DNA of 64,000 nt. It comes from Polyangiales bacterium (GTDB lineage: Bacteria > Myxococcota_A > Polyangia > Polyangiales > Ga0077539). Each line of letters starts with the position of its first letter. The stretch's first letter is position 1. The notes beneath the pieces are model-generated. The model was not told the origin of the DNA and searched no databases. It saw only the letters and a program-made list of their open reading frames with translations. The position numbers and the translations under genes are program-made. Shown piece after piece: positions 19,248 to 29,259 of this stretch. Location of the stretch: assembly GCA_044229975.1 (NCBI GenBank), contig JBGARZ010000018.1, forward strand, positions 32,001 to 96,000, in the 5' to 3' direction.

Positions 19248-19676
19248 GTGGACCTCTCGCTCGAACAGTTTCCCATCCGCGCCGACCGCCCGGCGGACGA
19301 CAGGTTCTACTACACGCTCCACGACGCGCTCCGGCGCGAGCTCGGGCTCCCCGACGACGCGGTCATCGCCTGCGGCGGCGGCTGGGGAGCACGGCCGAAG
19401 GGCGTTCGCACCTGGCCGCGGCCAGGCAGGACGCTACGCGGCGGGCTCCGCGTGCCCGGCACCCGCAAGTCCACCTACGCCGAGGTAGTGCTGGTCGGCT
19501 ACGCGCTCTTCGATGACGACGACGTCGCCATCGAAGAGCGGCGACCTCAACCGCGCGATGCCCGGCCCCGCGCCAGTGTCAACGTTGCCCACGCCCAGTC
19601 GATACGTTCCGACCGGCACCCTCGACGGCGGGCGCGGTCCCCTCGGCCTCCGGCTCGACCGCTCGTCAGATGCTGA
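19248..19676 (+). CDS. Hypothetical protein, probably 3'-truncated
   Basis: TAGCCT 6 nt before the GTG; protein-like for about 95 aa, then low-complexity. Confidence 0.45.
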   Translation: MDLSLEQFPIRADRPADDRFYYTLHDALRRELGLPDDAVIACGGGWGARPKGVRTWPRPGRTLRGGLRVPGTRKSTYAEVVLVGYALFDDDDVAIEERRPQPRDARPRASVNVAHAQSIRSDRHPRRRARSPRPPARPLVRC

Positions 19677-20250
19677 CGCCTGTCTCCAGGTTCTTCGGAT
19701 TGAAGGTGTCGCAGGGCCACGGGCGCTCGGGGTCGCGCACCTTGTGAGCGTTGGCGTCGTCGATCTCGGCCGACAGGTCGCTCAGCGCCCGGTGGAAGCC
19801 GCGGAAGGCCTCGCGGCCCCGGCGGTGGGCATCGAAGACCCCTTCCGCTTCACCGACGCCCATGAGCCGGAGCATCCCGAGGCTGGTGAGCACCATCCCG
19901 AGCAGCCACTGCATCGACGACTTCACGTAGGCCGTCTCGGTGCCGGGGCGGATCTTCGTCGCCATGAAGGTCGGGTCGAGCACGTACTCGTGCATCGTAC
20001 CCACCGCCTCGTGCAGCCCCGTCACGCTCCAGACGAACTGCGCGATCACATCTACGATCGTCTCCGGCCACCGGCCCGTGAACTTCATCGTCGGCAGCGC
20101 CGTGTTGAGGTGGTTCCAGAAGCCGACGCTGTGCACGTCGTCCATGAGGGCATCGAGGGTGGCGTACCGGCCGATATAATCCACCACGAACGCGCGGACG
20201 ACGTCGTACGGCTTGAGCGCGTCGTGGCGCCGCACGCGAAGGTTGGTCAC
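19666..20250 (-). pseudogene. Lipoxygenase C-terminal fragment
   Basis: FVVDY, IAQFVWSVTGLHEAVG (T-x2-H-x-AVN-like ligand helix), F...L..LSAEIDDAN, ends NPKNLETGVSI (terminal Ile); the N-terminal His pair region is absent. Confidence 0.75.
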
Positions 20251-20774
20251 CCGGCCGTCGTGAGGCTCGCGGCGATGTCCACCTCGACGCTCGGCCCCGG
20301 CCCGAGCGGAGAGATGCGGCCGATGCCAACCTCAATGCACGTGCGGAAGCGTGAGTCGGGGCTGTTGAGGACACGGACGGTGCCGAAGTGTCCGTCCGCG
20401 TCAACGACGATCCTGATCCGCACGTGGGCGGCACCGACGGCAGGGTTGATAAGCAGCAGGTTCTGCCAGCAGTTGCTGACGATGCGGTTCGCGTGGAAAG
20501 TGCGGATCGCGCGGTCACGCCGCTCCTGCTCTCGAAAGCAAGGCGACGTGGGAGGCCAGCGGAGCGCCCTTGGGGGGGGAGGGGGCCGAACGAGCCCCCA
20601 ATCGGGGATGCCGCGCGGATCGGCGACGGGTTCGGGGAGAGGCCGTCCGCAGCGTCGCATCGTCGCGGCATCAGGGCCGAGCTCCGGTCGAGGACGGCGC
20701 CGATGTTGGGCGCTGGCCACCTGTTCGGAGAGCGCCAACGCCAGCAACCCTGCGATCACTGCGCCGCGCCTCAT
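20247..20774 (-). CDS. Exported protein with an AgmX/PglI C-terminal (TonB-C-like) domain
   Basis: Signal ending ASA-Q; SNCWQNLLLINP...VRIRIVVDADG...FRTCI; TAGCGT 6 nt before the ATG. Confidence 0.75.
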   Translation of the reverse strand: MRRGAVIAGLLALALSEQVASAQHRRRPRPELGPDAATMRRCGRPLPEPVADPRGIPDWGLVRPPPPPRALRWPPTSPCFREQERRDRAIRTFHANRIVSNCWQNLLLINPAVGAAHVRIRIVVDADGHFGTVRVLNSPDSRFRTCIEVGIGRISPLGPGPSVEVDIAASLTTAG

Positions 20775-20887
20775 GTCGCGACGCTACCAGAGCGCGGATG
20801 ACGGGAGCGGGCCACGTCGGTGCGACCCGACGTGTACTTCCACGAGCTCCCCTCCGCTTCTCAATCCAGCGCTACGGTTGGTGCTCC

Positions 20888-21121
20888 ATGAGCACCCGCC
20901 TCCGATGCTTCGCTGCACTCTCTTTGATCATGCACGCCGGCTGCTCCAGCGCGGGTGACGCCTCTGCCCCCACGTCGCAGCGTGTGACCTAAGTCGCGAT
21001 GGGCACCGCGCACGTCTGCGCGCTGCTCGATGACGGAAGCGTGCGCTGTTGCGGCCGCAACGACGCAGGGCAGTTCGGCGACGGCACCACGGTCGAGCGC
21101 ACGAGCGCGGGGGATCGGTAG
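20888..21121 (+). pseudogene. Truncated RCC1-repeat lipoprotein
   Basis: Lipobox HAGC; in-frame TAA 20990-20992, then [36 protein letters not shown]; ends inside the repeat element. Confidence 0.85.
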
Positions 21122-21229
21122 ACCAACCCGGTAGGCTCAGGAGCACCGCTCCGCTTGGGTCGACCGAACGCAGTTTCTCGCAGTTCCCCGTACCAGGACA
21201 GCTCCTGGTAGCACCCGCAACGCCGCCCT
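21117..21229. repeat. Degenerate ~105-bp intergenic element, copy 2
   Basis: Same blocks and spacing as 2607-2709 plus a 10-bp insertion duplicating CGCAGT. Confidence 0.7.
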
Positions 21230-21243
21230 GGCGAAGGCAACGA

Positions 21244-23880
21244 CTACGGGGCTGTGCAGCGGAGCGGGGCGCCGTCATCCGAGACGCCTGTAAGGCCCGC
21301 TGCGGTCGGGGCGACGACCGCGGAGTCCGCGCGCAGCACCCTGAGGCAGAGCGCGTCGCCATCGAGCGCATACTCCGCTCGGGCCGAGTCGCCGTGCTCG
21401 CGTCCGTCGAACGTCACGCCGGTCGTGAAGGTGAACGCACCGTGCGCCGATGGTCCGCACGCGACGTTCGAGGTGGACCGCGCCAGTACCCGCGGCGCCT
21501 CCCCCGGCGGGCCGCCGATCACTGACCCGTCCGACCGGGCGCGGGCGACGCCCGACCGACCGTCGAGGACGTAGATCCCCAGCGTGCCGAGCTCACGGCC
21601 GCACGTCGCCCAGTGCAACTGCGGCGCGGCGCCGGGCACGACCGCGAGGAAGCCCATCGAGCGGGGGGTCGGGTCGGTGCTGTAGTCCGAGGGGACCACC
21701 AGGGCCGCCAGGTGCTCGCCGTCGCGCACCGTCAGGACGGACGGTAAGCGGTCGGACAGCGCCCACTCCGGGAAACCCTGCCTTCGCGGCGGCAGGTCCG
21801 CCGAGAACGTCACCAGCCCGACGGACGGGCCCTGCGGCCGCCCCCCCGTGATCTCCAGCACGCTCGCGCGGCGGGCGTCGGCGGACAGTACGGTCCACGA
21901 ACGATCCCCGATGGCGGGCATCTCCAAGCGGGCGCCCGCGCGGTACCACCACGAGCGCCCCTCGGGTCGGGTGGGTGTCGCGTCGCCGTTCAGCCAGAAC
22001 TCCACGCGCGCCCCATCCGGCCGGACCCAGTCGCGGCCCACGCGCCCAATGCTGATCGCCGCCTCGGGCCTCGGCCGACTTCGACCCGCCGTCCGCGAAC
22101 CGTCGTGCGTGCAGTGCCACGCGGGGCGCTCGGTCCACGCGGGGCGCTCGGGTTGACCGTCCCCGACCGAGCCGAAGCGCGTCGGTTGGATGGGCCCCCA
22201 GCCGATGACCTCCCCGGGGCCGAGGGTCGTACGGAGCGGCAACGGTCCGCACCCCACAACCGAGCCGGGCGACGACGCGGGAGCCCGCAGCTCGCTCACC
22301 CCCTCGGCGGAGTCCAACGGCCGCCAATCCTGGCCCGGCGCGGAGGCCCAGGTCACGTCGTCCTCGGCCTTCGCGAGCAGCAGACCGCTTCCTCCGCACG
22401 AGCGCACGGGTAGCGTCGGCGCGTCCGGGCGGCTCATCCACGGCAGCAGCGGCCGCTCGGCGAAGGTCTCCCCGGCCCGGCCTTCGAGCAGCCGCCGACC
22501 GTCGGCCCGGCCGGAACGCACCCACAGCCGCAAGCGGCCGTCGCGGTCGACCTCCGGCGCGCCTTCGAGGCGCAATCCGACCGCGGGCGGCGACGGAACG
22601 AGCCTCCGCGGGGCCGCATCCCCGGCGATGAACTCGACGTGCGAGAGCCACTCGCGGCCGTCCACCAGCACCCGCGTCTCGCCGTCGTAGCCCGCCAGTC
22701 GCCAGCGGCGCACCAGTGATCCGACGCTCGTCTCTCGCGGCGTCCCCTCCCCCGCACGCTCGCAGAACGCGCTGCCCGCCCCGCAAGTGGCGCCCTGGGT
22801 GCAGCGCCCCGAGCAGCTCACCCGCGCGCCGTTCGCGCTCGCCGCGCAGCGCACCTCGTCGCCGCAGCCCCACGTCCGCATCCGCTCGCGCCAGGACGTT
22901 CCGTCGAAGGACCACAGCGCCGTCGCGCCGTCCTCGCCGCCGCACTCGACGTACGGCCGGTCGGCCGTGAAGACGCGCCGCGGGTCGCAGGGCAGGTCGG
23001 CCGCGCTGCCCGCCACCACCTCATCGCGCACGACGTCGTAGACCGCGGCGCGCGGCGGCGTGGCGCCCTCGTAGCGCACGAGCAGGCGCGTCTGCGAGGC
23101 GTCGACGAAGGCCATCGGCGCCCACTCCTGGCCCTGGCGGACGCGCTCGTAGAGGGCGTGAAAGTCCGCGCCCATCGCCCGCGTGCGCAGCGTCGGCAGC
23201 GACTCGCACGCGCACGGTTGCAGCGCGCCCGACTCGTCGAGCGAGCGGCACTCCGCGGCGCCGCGGACCCACCGCGCGGGCCCCACCGCCAGCACCGCCT
23301 CGGGGCGGTCGACGGCCAGCGAGCGCCAGTGCTGTCCGCCGTCGTCCGTGGCGAGCGCGAGGCCGGGTTCGAGGAGGGCGATGCCGTGGGCGTCGTCGCC
23401 GAAGGCCACCTCGAGCACGACCCCATCGGGCAGTCCGATGTCCGTCGCGGTGCCGTCGCGGAGGAGCACCGGGCGGCCCGTTCCGAGGCCCAGGGTCGAC
23501 CCGACGGGTGCGCGGACGAGCTCGCGCAGCGGGCCGAGGTACGTCGCGGACTCCCAGCGCGCCGTGCGCCCCGCGAAGATCCAGCGGCCGTCGTGCTCCC
23601 ACGCCCCCTGCACCGGCGCCGCGAACCATCCGTCCGCCGCGCGGAGGTCGTCGCCCCGCAGCTCGACGCGCACCCCGCGAACGATCGCGCGGCGCGGGTC
23701 GCCGTGCTCGTCCACCCACCCGTCGGGCACGGCGTGGTAGCTGCGGTGGTAGACGCGCGCGATCGACGGCGGCGCCGCGTCGACGGTGGGCACGCTCCGA
23801 GCGGGCGACGCCGGACGGGTCGCGGGTCGCGCGCACGACGCGGCGGAGAGCAGGGCCGCGATCGGGAGGAGCACCTTCAT
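21244..23880 (-). CDS. Family B lipoprotein B1 (878 aa)
   Basis: MKVLLPIAALLSAASC; YLGPLR, TDDGGQHW Asp-box, CAASANGARVSCSGRC, GWGP, EYALDGDALCLR; ATGA overlap with A1. Confidence 0.9.
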   Translation of the reverse strand: MKVLLPIAALLSAASCARPATRPASPARSVPTVDAAPPSIARVYHRSYHAVPDGWVDEHGDPRRAIVRGVRVELRGDDLRAADGWFAAPVQGAWEHDGRWIFAGRTARWESATYLGPLRELVRAPVGSTLGLGTGRPVLLRDGTATDIGLPDGVVLEVAFGDDAHGIALLEPGLALATDDGGQHWRSLAVDRPEAVLAVGPARWVRGAAECRSLDESGALQPCACESLPTLRTRAMGADFHALYERVRQGQEWAPMAFVDASQTRLLVRYEGATPPRAAVYDVVRDEVVAGSAADLPCDPRRVFTADRPYVECGGEDGATALWSFDGTSWRERMRTWGCGDEVRCAASANGARVSCSGRCTQGATCGAGSAFCERAGEGTPRETSVGSLVRRWRLAGYDGETRVLVDGREWLSHVEFIAGDAAPRRLVPSPPAVGLRLEGAPEVDRDGRLRLWVRSGRADGRRLLEGRAGETFAERPLLPWMSRPDAPTLPVRSCGGSGLLLAKAEDDVTWASAPGQDWRPLDSAEGVSELRAPASSPGSVVGCGPLPLRTTLGPGEVIGWGPIQPTRFGSVGDGQPERPAWTERPAWHCTHDGSRTAGRSRPRPEAAISIGRVGRDWVRPDGARVEFWLNGDATPTRPEGRSWWYRAGARLEMPAIGDRSWTVLSADARRASVLEITGGRPQGPSVGLVTFSADLPPRRQGFPEWALSDRLPSVLTVRDGEHLAALVVPSDYSTDPTPRSMGFLAVVPGAAPQLHWATCGRELGTLGIYVLDGRSGVARARSDGSVIGGPPGEAPRVLARSTSNVACGPSAHGAFTFTTGVTFDGREHGDSARAEYALDGDALCLRVLRADSAVVAPTAAGLTGVSDDGAPLRCTAP

Positions 23881-26765
23881 GGCAGGCGACACTCCAGCGC
23901 GTGGGCCGTGCGCCCCACCGTCGCGACGCCGCGCAGGGTTCCGTCCCCGGCGGCGGACACCACCGACGACGCGGCCGCGGAGCGCTGCTCGACGCCGCGC
24001 AGGCAGGTGCCGCTCGCGGAGGTCTCGACCACGAGGTCGACGCAGTCGTCCTCGGTGCGCGCGCCGAGCACGGGCGCATCGACGCGCACGACGACGCTCC
24101 AGGCGTCGGGTGCTGCGGGGGCGCGGCAGGGGACCAGCGGGGCGTCGCCGCGCCAGCGCACGCGGACGGGCTCGGCGTCGGGCGACGGCGCGACCGGGTA
24201 CACCGCGACCTCGGTGGGCGTTCCGTCCAACAGCCTCGCCGCGCCGCGCTGCGGGCCGCTCTCCGCGATCGCCCACCGCGCCGTCTCCGATCGGTCGTCG
24301 TGGTAGTTCCTCCGGTGATCAGGCTCCACGCTCCGGTGTCGGCGGCCGGCCCCGCCGGGCGAGACGTCGAACACGTCGGCCCGACCCATCCCTCCGGAGA
24401 GGAGCGTGAAGCCGTCGCCGTGCGCGCGCCGCGCCGCGCCGCCGAGGTCGCGCACCGGGAGCGTCGCGAGGTGCTCGACGTCGCCGGCCGCGGTGACCCG
24501 CAACAGCTCGCCGTCGGTGTGGTCCTCGCGGAAGGCGATCACGCTCGCAGCGCCGCGGTCGACGCCCAGCACCTCGATGCGCAGGGTCGCGAGGTCGACC
24601 TCGTTCCATTCGAGGGACGGGCCGTGCACGCTCGCCGCGCGACTCGCGGCGGCGTAAGGACCCTGCGCGTCGCGGCCGACCCAGGCGAAGCGCGCGGTCA
24701 GCCGACCGGAAGCGTCGCGCCAGGTCAGCGCGCGCAACGACCCCTCCAGGGTGTCGCCAGAGAAGAGGCGGGAGGCGCGACCCGCGGGCGCCGCCAACGC
24801 ACCGATGGGCGGCAGCGGTGGCAGCAGCGCGGACGGCGCGCATTGGAGGCGCGGCAGGGTTCCTTCGGCGAACCACGCGGCGCGCGGAGTCTCCGGGGCG
24901 GGCGCCGTCGGAGCGACGGCGAAGGCCAGCGCGGAAGGGTCGTCGATGGGTCCCCAGCCCGTGACGACGAGCCGGTCGTCGAGGACGCAGCGGGAGAGGG
25001 AGCAGCGCTCGGGGGCGGGGCGCCAGCGGTCGTCAAGGATGTCCGAGCGGTCCTGCTCGGTGGGATACACGCCGTCAACGGGGGACGGCAGCGCCTCCCA
25101 CGTCCGGCCGCCGTCGCGCGTCCGGCGGAGGACGGAGAACGAGCGCGACCACGCGTAGCCGTGCGACGGGTCGGCGAAGATCGCGCGCTCGACCCCGGCG
25201 GGCAGCGACACCCGCACCAGCGGATCGCCCGGCCGCCCCACGGCCACGTCGCTCAGCGCGCGGCCGGACCACTGCAACGCCATCACGACCCCGGGCCTCA
25301 TGCCCACGGTCACCTGCACTCCGTCAGGCACCGTCCACACGGGCGCCACCGGCAATGGCTCGTCGCCGCGCGCTGCGAGGTCAACCACCCCCAGTGACCC
25401 GCCGTCGCGCTGCACGATCGCCCGCCGGCCGAAGACGCCAACGAGATGCTCGTAGGGTTCGGCAAGGCGGCGCGTGCGGCCCTGCGGCGTGTTGCCGTCG
25501 ATCACGCAGAGCGCGGGCGGCGGTTGCGTCGGGACCTCTGCTTCGTCGTCCGACATCGGCTCACGGGGCTCGCAAGCGAAGGGCGCGACGGCGAAGTCGG
25601 CAATCTCCGAGGGGATCGCCCTCCGCACCGCGAACGGCGGGTCGCTCACCACGCGGCCGGTGCGGAGGTTGACGAACGAGTCCGCCGTCGACGTCGACCC
25701 GTGCGAGCCCGAGTGCGTGCATTCGAGATGGATCAGGTGGCCCGCGTTTCAGAGCGCGCAGCCGCTCATGTCGGTGGCGACGCGGCCGAGCACGCGCCCC
25801 GAGTCGGCGTCGAGCGAGACGAGCCCGCCCGAGGTACCGAAGACGATCGTTCCGTCGGGGCGCACGAGCCCGCCCAGCAGGTCGAGCCAGGCCGGGTCGC
25901 GCGCGGCGAGCAGCAGCCGGAGACCGCGATCGCCGCGGTCGTTGTTGTGTTCTTCTTCCCGCGCGACGGCCTCACGGTAGAGGCGGTCGTAGCGTTCGAC
26001 CTCGCCCGCGGGAAGGTCGGGCCGGCGCGACTCTTCGGACGCGCGCGCGAACACCTCGCAGCCCGGCAGGAGGGTGTACCAGGGCCCGGCGAGCACCTGG
26101 ATGAGCGGCCCCAACGTGAGCATGTGCGAGGCGCCGACGCCCCCGGTGGGCATGACCCGCCAATGCTCGCCGCCGTCGGCCGTGCAGCGGACCACGCCGC
26201 CGTCGGTGATGGCAGCGCCGTGGCGTTCGTCGACGAAGTACACCTGCTCGACGCGGTCGGGCCCGAGCCCGGTGATGCGGCCGAAGGGGCCGCCGTCGCT
26301 CATCCACGCGACGCGTTCGCGATCGACCAGCGCGACGCGACCCCGCTGCGGGCTCTGCGCGCCGTCGGAGCGGTAGTGCTGATAGAAATCTGGGAAGTCA
26401 CCGACGCGCCTCAGCGGCCCGAGGAAGTCCGCGGACGCGAGGCAGGCGCCGTCCGTCGCGACGTAGACCCAGCCATGCGCCACCCGAGCGCCGAAGGAGA
26501 TCGGGGCGGCGAGCTGCTCGCGGGCGGACTGGAACTCGTCGTCGCGGACCCGCACGCGCATCGTCCCGGCGACGAGGTCGGTGGTGCCGTCCTCCTCGCG
26601 ATGTAGCGACTGCGACGCCCCGACCGGGACCCACAACAAGCGGGTGGGCGCGAGCGCGACCGCGGCGACTGTCGGCGTGGTCGGACGCGTGCCGTGGCGG
26701 CATCCCGCGAGCGCACCCGCAACCGCCAGCGCCGTCCATGGAGGGAGTGACGAGACCCGCGGCAT
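23877..26765 (-). pseudogene. Family A lipoprotein A1, full length but with one in-frame TGA at 25749-25751
   Basis: LAGC lipobox; ORFs 25749-26810 and 23877-25652 share a frame; CAL*NAGHL aligns to CRIADAGHL of A2. Confidence 0.85.
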
Positions 26766-26871
26766 GACTCCACCAGATACGACCGACGGGCGCCGCGAGT
26801 CGAGACGCAACGTCCCCGTTCAGGAGCTCACCGCGCGAACGGGTGTCGCATCTTCGTTGTACTCTCCCCTG

Positions 26872-27360
26872 ATGCGCCCGGCTGTGGCCCTTCTCGTCGC
26901 CCTCTTCTCCGCCCCTGCGTTGGCGCAGCACGAATCGCCTGACCCGCTCTTCGATGCGTCCGCGGTGGACCCAGGACGAGAGTGGTCCTGCTACTCGCAG
27001 GGGACGCCGATGGACACGTCACAACCCGCGTCGCTCTGCGACGTGAGTCGCGGCGCCCGCTGTTTTCGCTCGCACCAGCGCTGCGGGAGCGAGCTCACCC
27101 GCCTGGTCGCGGGTCGCCTGCTGGTCGTGCTGATGTGCACGCAAAGCGTGCGGACGGCCCACTGCCTAAGCTTCGAGAACACACAGGGGACCGAGACCTG
27201 GTGCGCCCCGACTGCCCAATCGTGCCGTGCAACGCGTCGGCGATTGACGGGCGCCGCGCGAGAGCGACATGGCGCGCAGTGCCCCATGCGTCGGATCTCG
27301 CAGTGCCACGCGGTCGGGGACGTTGGCTCCCTTCCAGCCGAGGCCTCCGCGGCGCCGTGA
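26872..27360 (+). CDS. Small exported Cys-rich protein, family C copy 2
   Basis: MRPAVALLVALFSAPALA-Q signal; motifs shared with 16753-17223; TACTCT 6 nt before the ATG. Confidence 0.8.
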   Translation: MRPAVALLVALFSAPALAQHESPDPLFDASAVDPGREWSCYSQGTPMDTSQPASLCDVSRGARCFRSHQRCGSELTRLVAGRLLVVLMCTQSVRTAHCLSFENTQGTETWCAPTAQSCRATRRRLTGAARERHGAQCPMRRISQCHAVGDVGSLPAEASAAP

Positions 27361-27401
27361 GGCTCACCGCGCGAGCGGGTGCCGCGGGCACTCCACGGGG
27401 G

Positions 27402-27581
27402 GATGTACGACAGCGGTCGCACGCTCGTCGCCCGTGAAGGCGAGTTCATCACCGCGTTGTCCGTCGGCGCGGAGGGGTATCCAAGCGCCCCCTCGCGGGC
27501 GCGCGCCTTCGGCTTCCTCACGATCGCGCCCGGCGCCGCGCCGATGGCGCGCCGGGTGTCCCTCGACGCGTGGCTGCGGCC
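27402..27581 (+). pseudogene. Internal fragment of family B gene B2
   Basis: 180-bp ungapped direct repeat of 36537-36716 with 10 mismatches counted by eye. Confidence 0.9.
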
Positions 27582-27812
27582 CAACGCCCGCCGCGGGACA
27601 CCTGTCCGAAGGCGACGACGGACAGGGTGCGGTGCTCGCGGCAGCTCCCGCGACGCGTCGGGTCGCGATGCGGCTCGACGCACCGTCGCTGGCCGAGGTT
27701 GAGTCACGACGCGGGGTGACCCGCAGAGGCCGAGGGCCGAGAGCGGGAGCGCGGTCGCGGACCTGAGCGACGCGACCCACTGCGATGGCCACGACGATAG
27801 TAGCCTCGCCTG

Positions 27813-28931
27813 ATGGTGGCGACGCGCCCTTTCCCCCCATGGATCGCGCTTCCAGTGCTCCTGGCGGCGTGCGGCGCTCGCACGGGGCTCCACGGCGAGC
27901 TCGCCGCGACCCCGCCCGTCGACGTGACCTCGTTCGACGTCCCCTCACCCGACGTCCCTTCGTTCGACATCCGCGTTCCCCTCCCCGACGCGGGCCTCGC
28001 CGACGACGCGTGCGCGCCCTTGAGCTATGCGCTGCCCGGGCGCCCGGCGCGCGTGGTGCTGCTGCTCGACCGCTCGGCGTCGATGCTCAACTACTTCCCC
28101 ACGACGGCGGGGCGGCGCACGCGTTTCCAGGGCCTCCTCTCCACGCTTCGCGGGGCCTTCGCGCGCTACGACGGCGCCTTCGAGGTCGGCGCGCTCCTCT
28201 TCCCCAACGCGGGCGAGTGCGCGGTGCGACCTCCCCTCGACCTCGCGCTCGGCGAGGGGAGCGCCGGGCGCGTCGCCGCGCTCTACGAGCGGCGCGGAAC
28301 GGAGATCGGCACGCCCACCCACGAGGCCGTCCGACTGGCCTTGTTGGCGCTCTCGGAGGGCCCCGCCGACGTGCCCCGGGCGATCCTCCTCGCGACCGAC
28401 GGCGGGCCCGTCTGCAACGACGCCCTCGACGGCAGCGACTGCCTCTGCACGAACAACGCGGTCACCTCGCGGGGCCCATGCGAGACGCGCTTCTGCCTCG
28501 ACGACACCCGCACGCTCGCGACGATCTCGGCGGCGCGCGAGGCGGGCGTCCCCACCTATGTCATCGGCCTCGACGACCCGCGCGACGCGGTGCTCCGCGA
28601 CACGCTCGACCGGATGGCCTCGGCCGGCGGGCGGCGCCGCGGCGGCGCGCTGGGGTACTACAGCGCGCGCTCGATGGAGGAGCTCGACGCGGCCTTCGAG
28701 TCGGTCCGCCGGACGCTCGCGCGCTGCACGCGGGTGCTCCCCGCGACGACGCGCGGCCCGGGCGCGCTGCGGGTGACGGTCGACGGGCGCGAGGTGGCGA
28801 GGGACCCGTCGCGCCGCGACGGGTGGGACTGGTCCGGGTCGGCGAGGTCCGAGGTGGTGCTGTACGGCGACGCCTGCGAGCGGACGACGGAGCGCTCGGA
28901 CGTGCGCGCGGAGACCTGCGCGACGCCCTGA
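27813..28931 (+). CDS. VWA-domain lipoprotein, CglB-like
   Basis: LLAAC lipobox; MIDAS DRSAS, GTPT, LATDG, TYVIG; Cys-rich insert C..CLC..C..FCLD; TAGCCT 6 nt before the ATG. Confidence 0.9.
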   Translation: MVATRPFPPWIALPVLLAACGARTGLHGELAATPPVDVTSFDVPSPDVPSFDIRVPLPDAGLADDACAPLSYALPGRPARVVLLLDRSASMLNYFPTTAGRRTRFQGLLSTLRGAFARYDGAFEVGALLFPNAGECAVRPPLDLALGEGSAGRVAALYERRGTEIGTPTHEAVRLALLALSEGPADVPRAILLATDGGPVCNDALDGSDCLCTNNAVTSRGPCETRFCLDDTRTLATISAAREAGVPTYVIGLDDPRDAVLRDTLDRMASAGGRRRGGALGYYSARSMEELDAAFESVRRTLARCTRVLPATTRGPGALRVTVDGREVARDPSRRDGWDWSGSARSEVVLYGDACERTTERSDVRAETCATP

Positions 28932-29022
28932 GGTCGCGCCCGTCGCCGTTGTCGCGGAGGGAGGCGGCAGGTAGACCCACGGGCGGCCGTCGCGCGGCCG
29001 GTGGCAGTCTCGCGCCTTGGCC

Positions 29023-29259
29023 ATGCGCTCGCTGCCCTCTCTCGTCGCCGCGCTGTCCCTGAGCGGGTGCGCCTTTGGCGTGCGCGAGCGGCTCTGCTCG
29101 GGCTTCCCCTCAGCCGCCGGTCCCCTCCGTCGGTCGTGTGGGTGGACGATCGCTCCCGGAACGCGTTCGAACCCGCCGACGAACGCCACCTCGATCGCAC
29201 CATCGCCGACCCATAGATCCGCGGTCGCTCTCGTCCGTTCAACGAGCTCAACCCCATGA
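29023..29259 (+). CDS. Small putative lipoprotein, possibly a remnant
   Basis: MRSLPSLVAALSLSGC lipobox; ATGA overlap with the next gene. Confidence 0.4.
   Translation: MRSLPSLVAALSLSGCAFGVRERLCSGFPSAAGPLRRSCGWTIAPGTRSNPPTNATSIAPSPTHRSAVALVRSTSSTP

Noticed and set aside
25749..25751. Selenocysteine in a CxxU motif (C-A-L-TGA)
   Set aside because: Paralogs have Ala, not Cys, at this position and I see no convincing bacterial SECIS hairpin directly downstream
25652..25751. Programmed frameshift splitting A1
   Set aside because: Both ORFs are in the same frame; the break is a single stop codon
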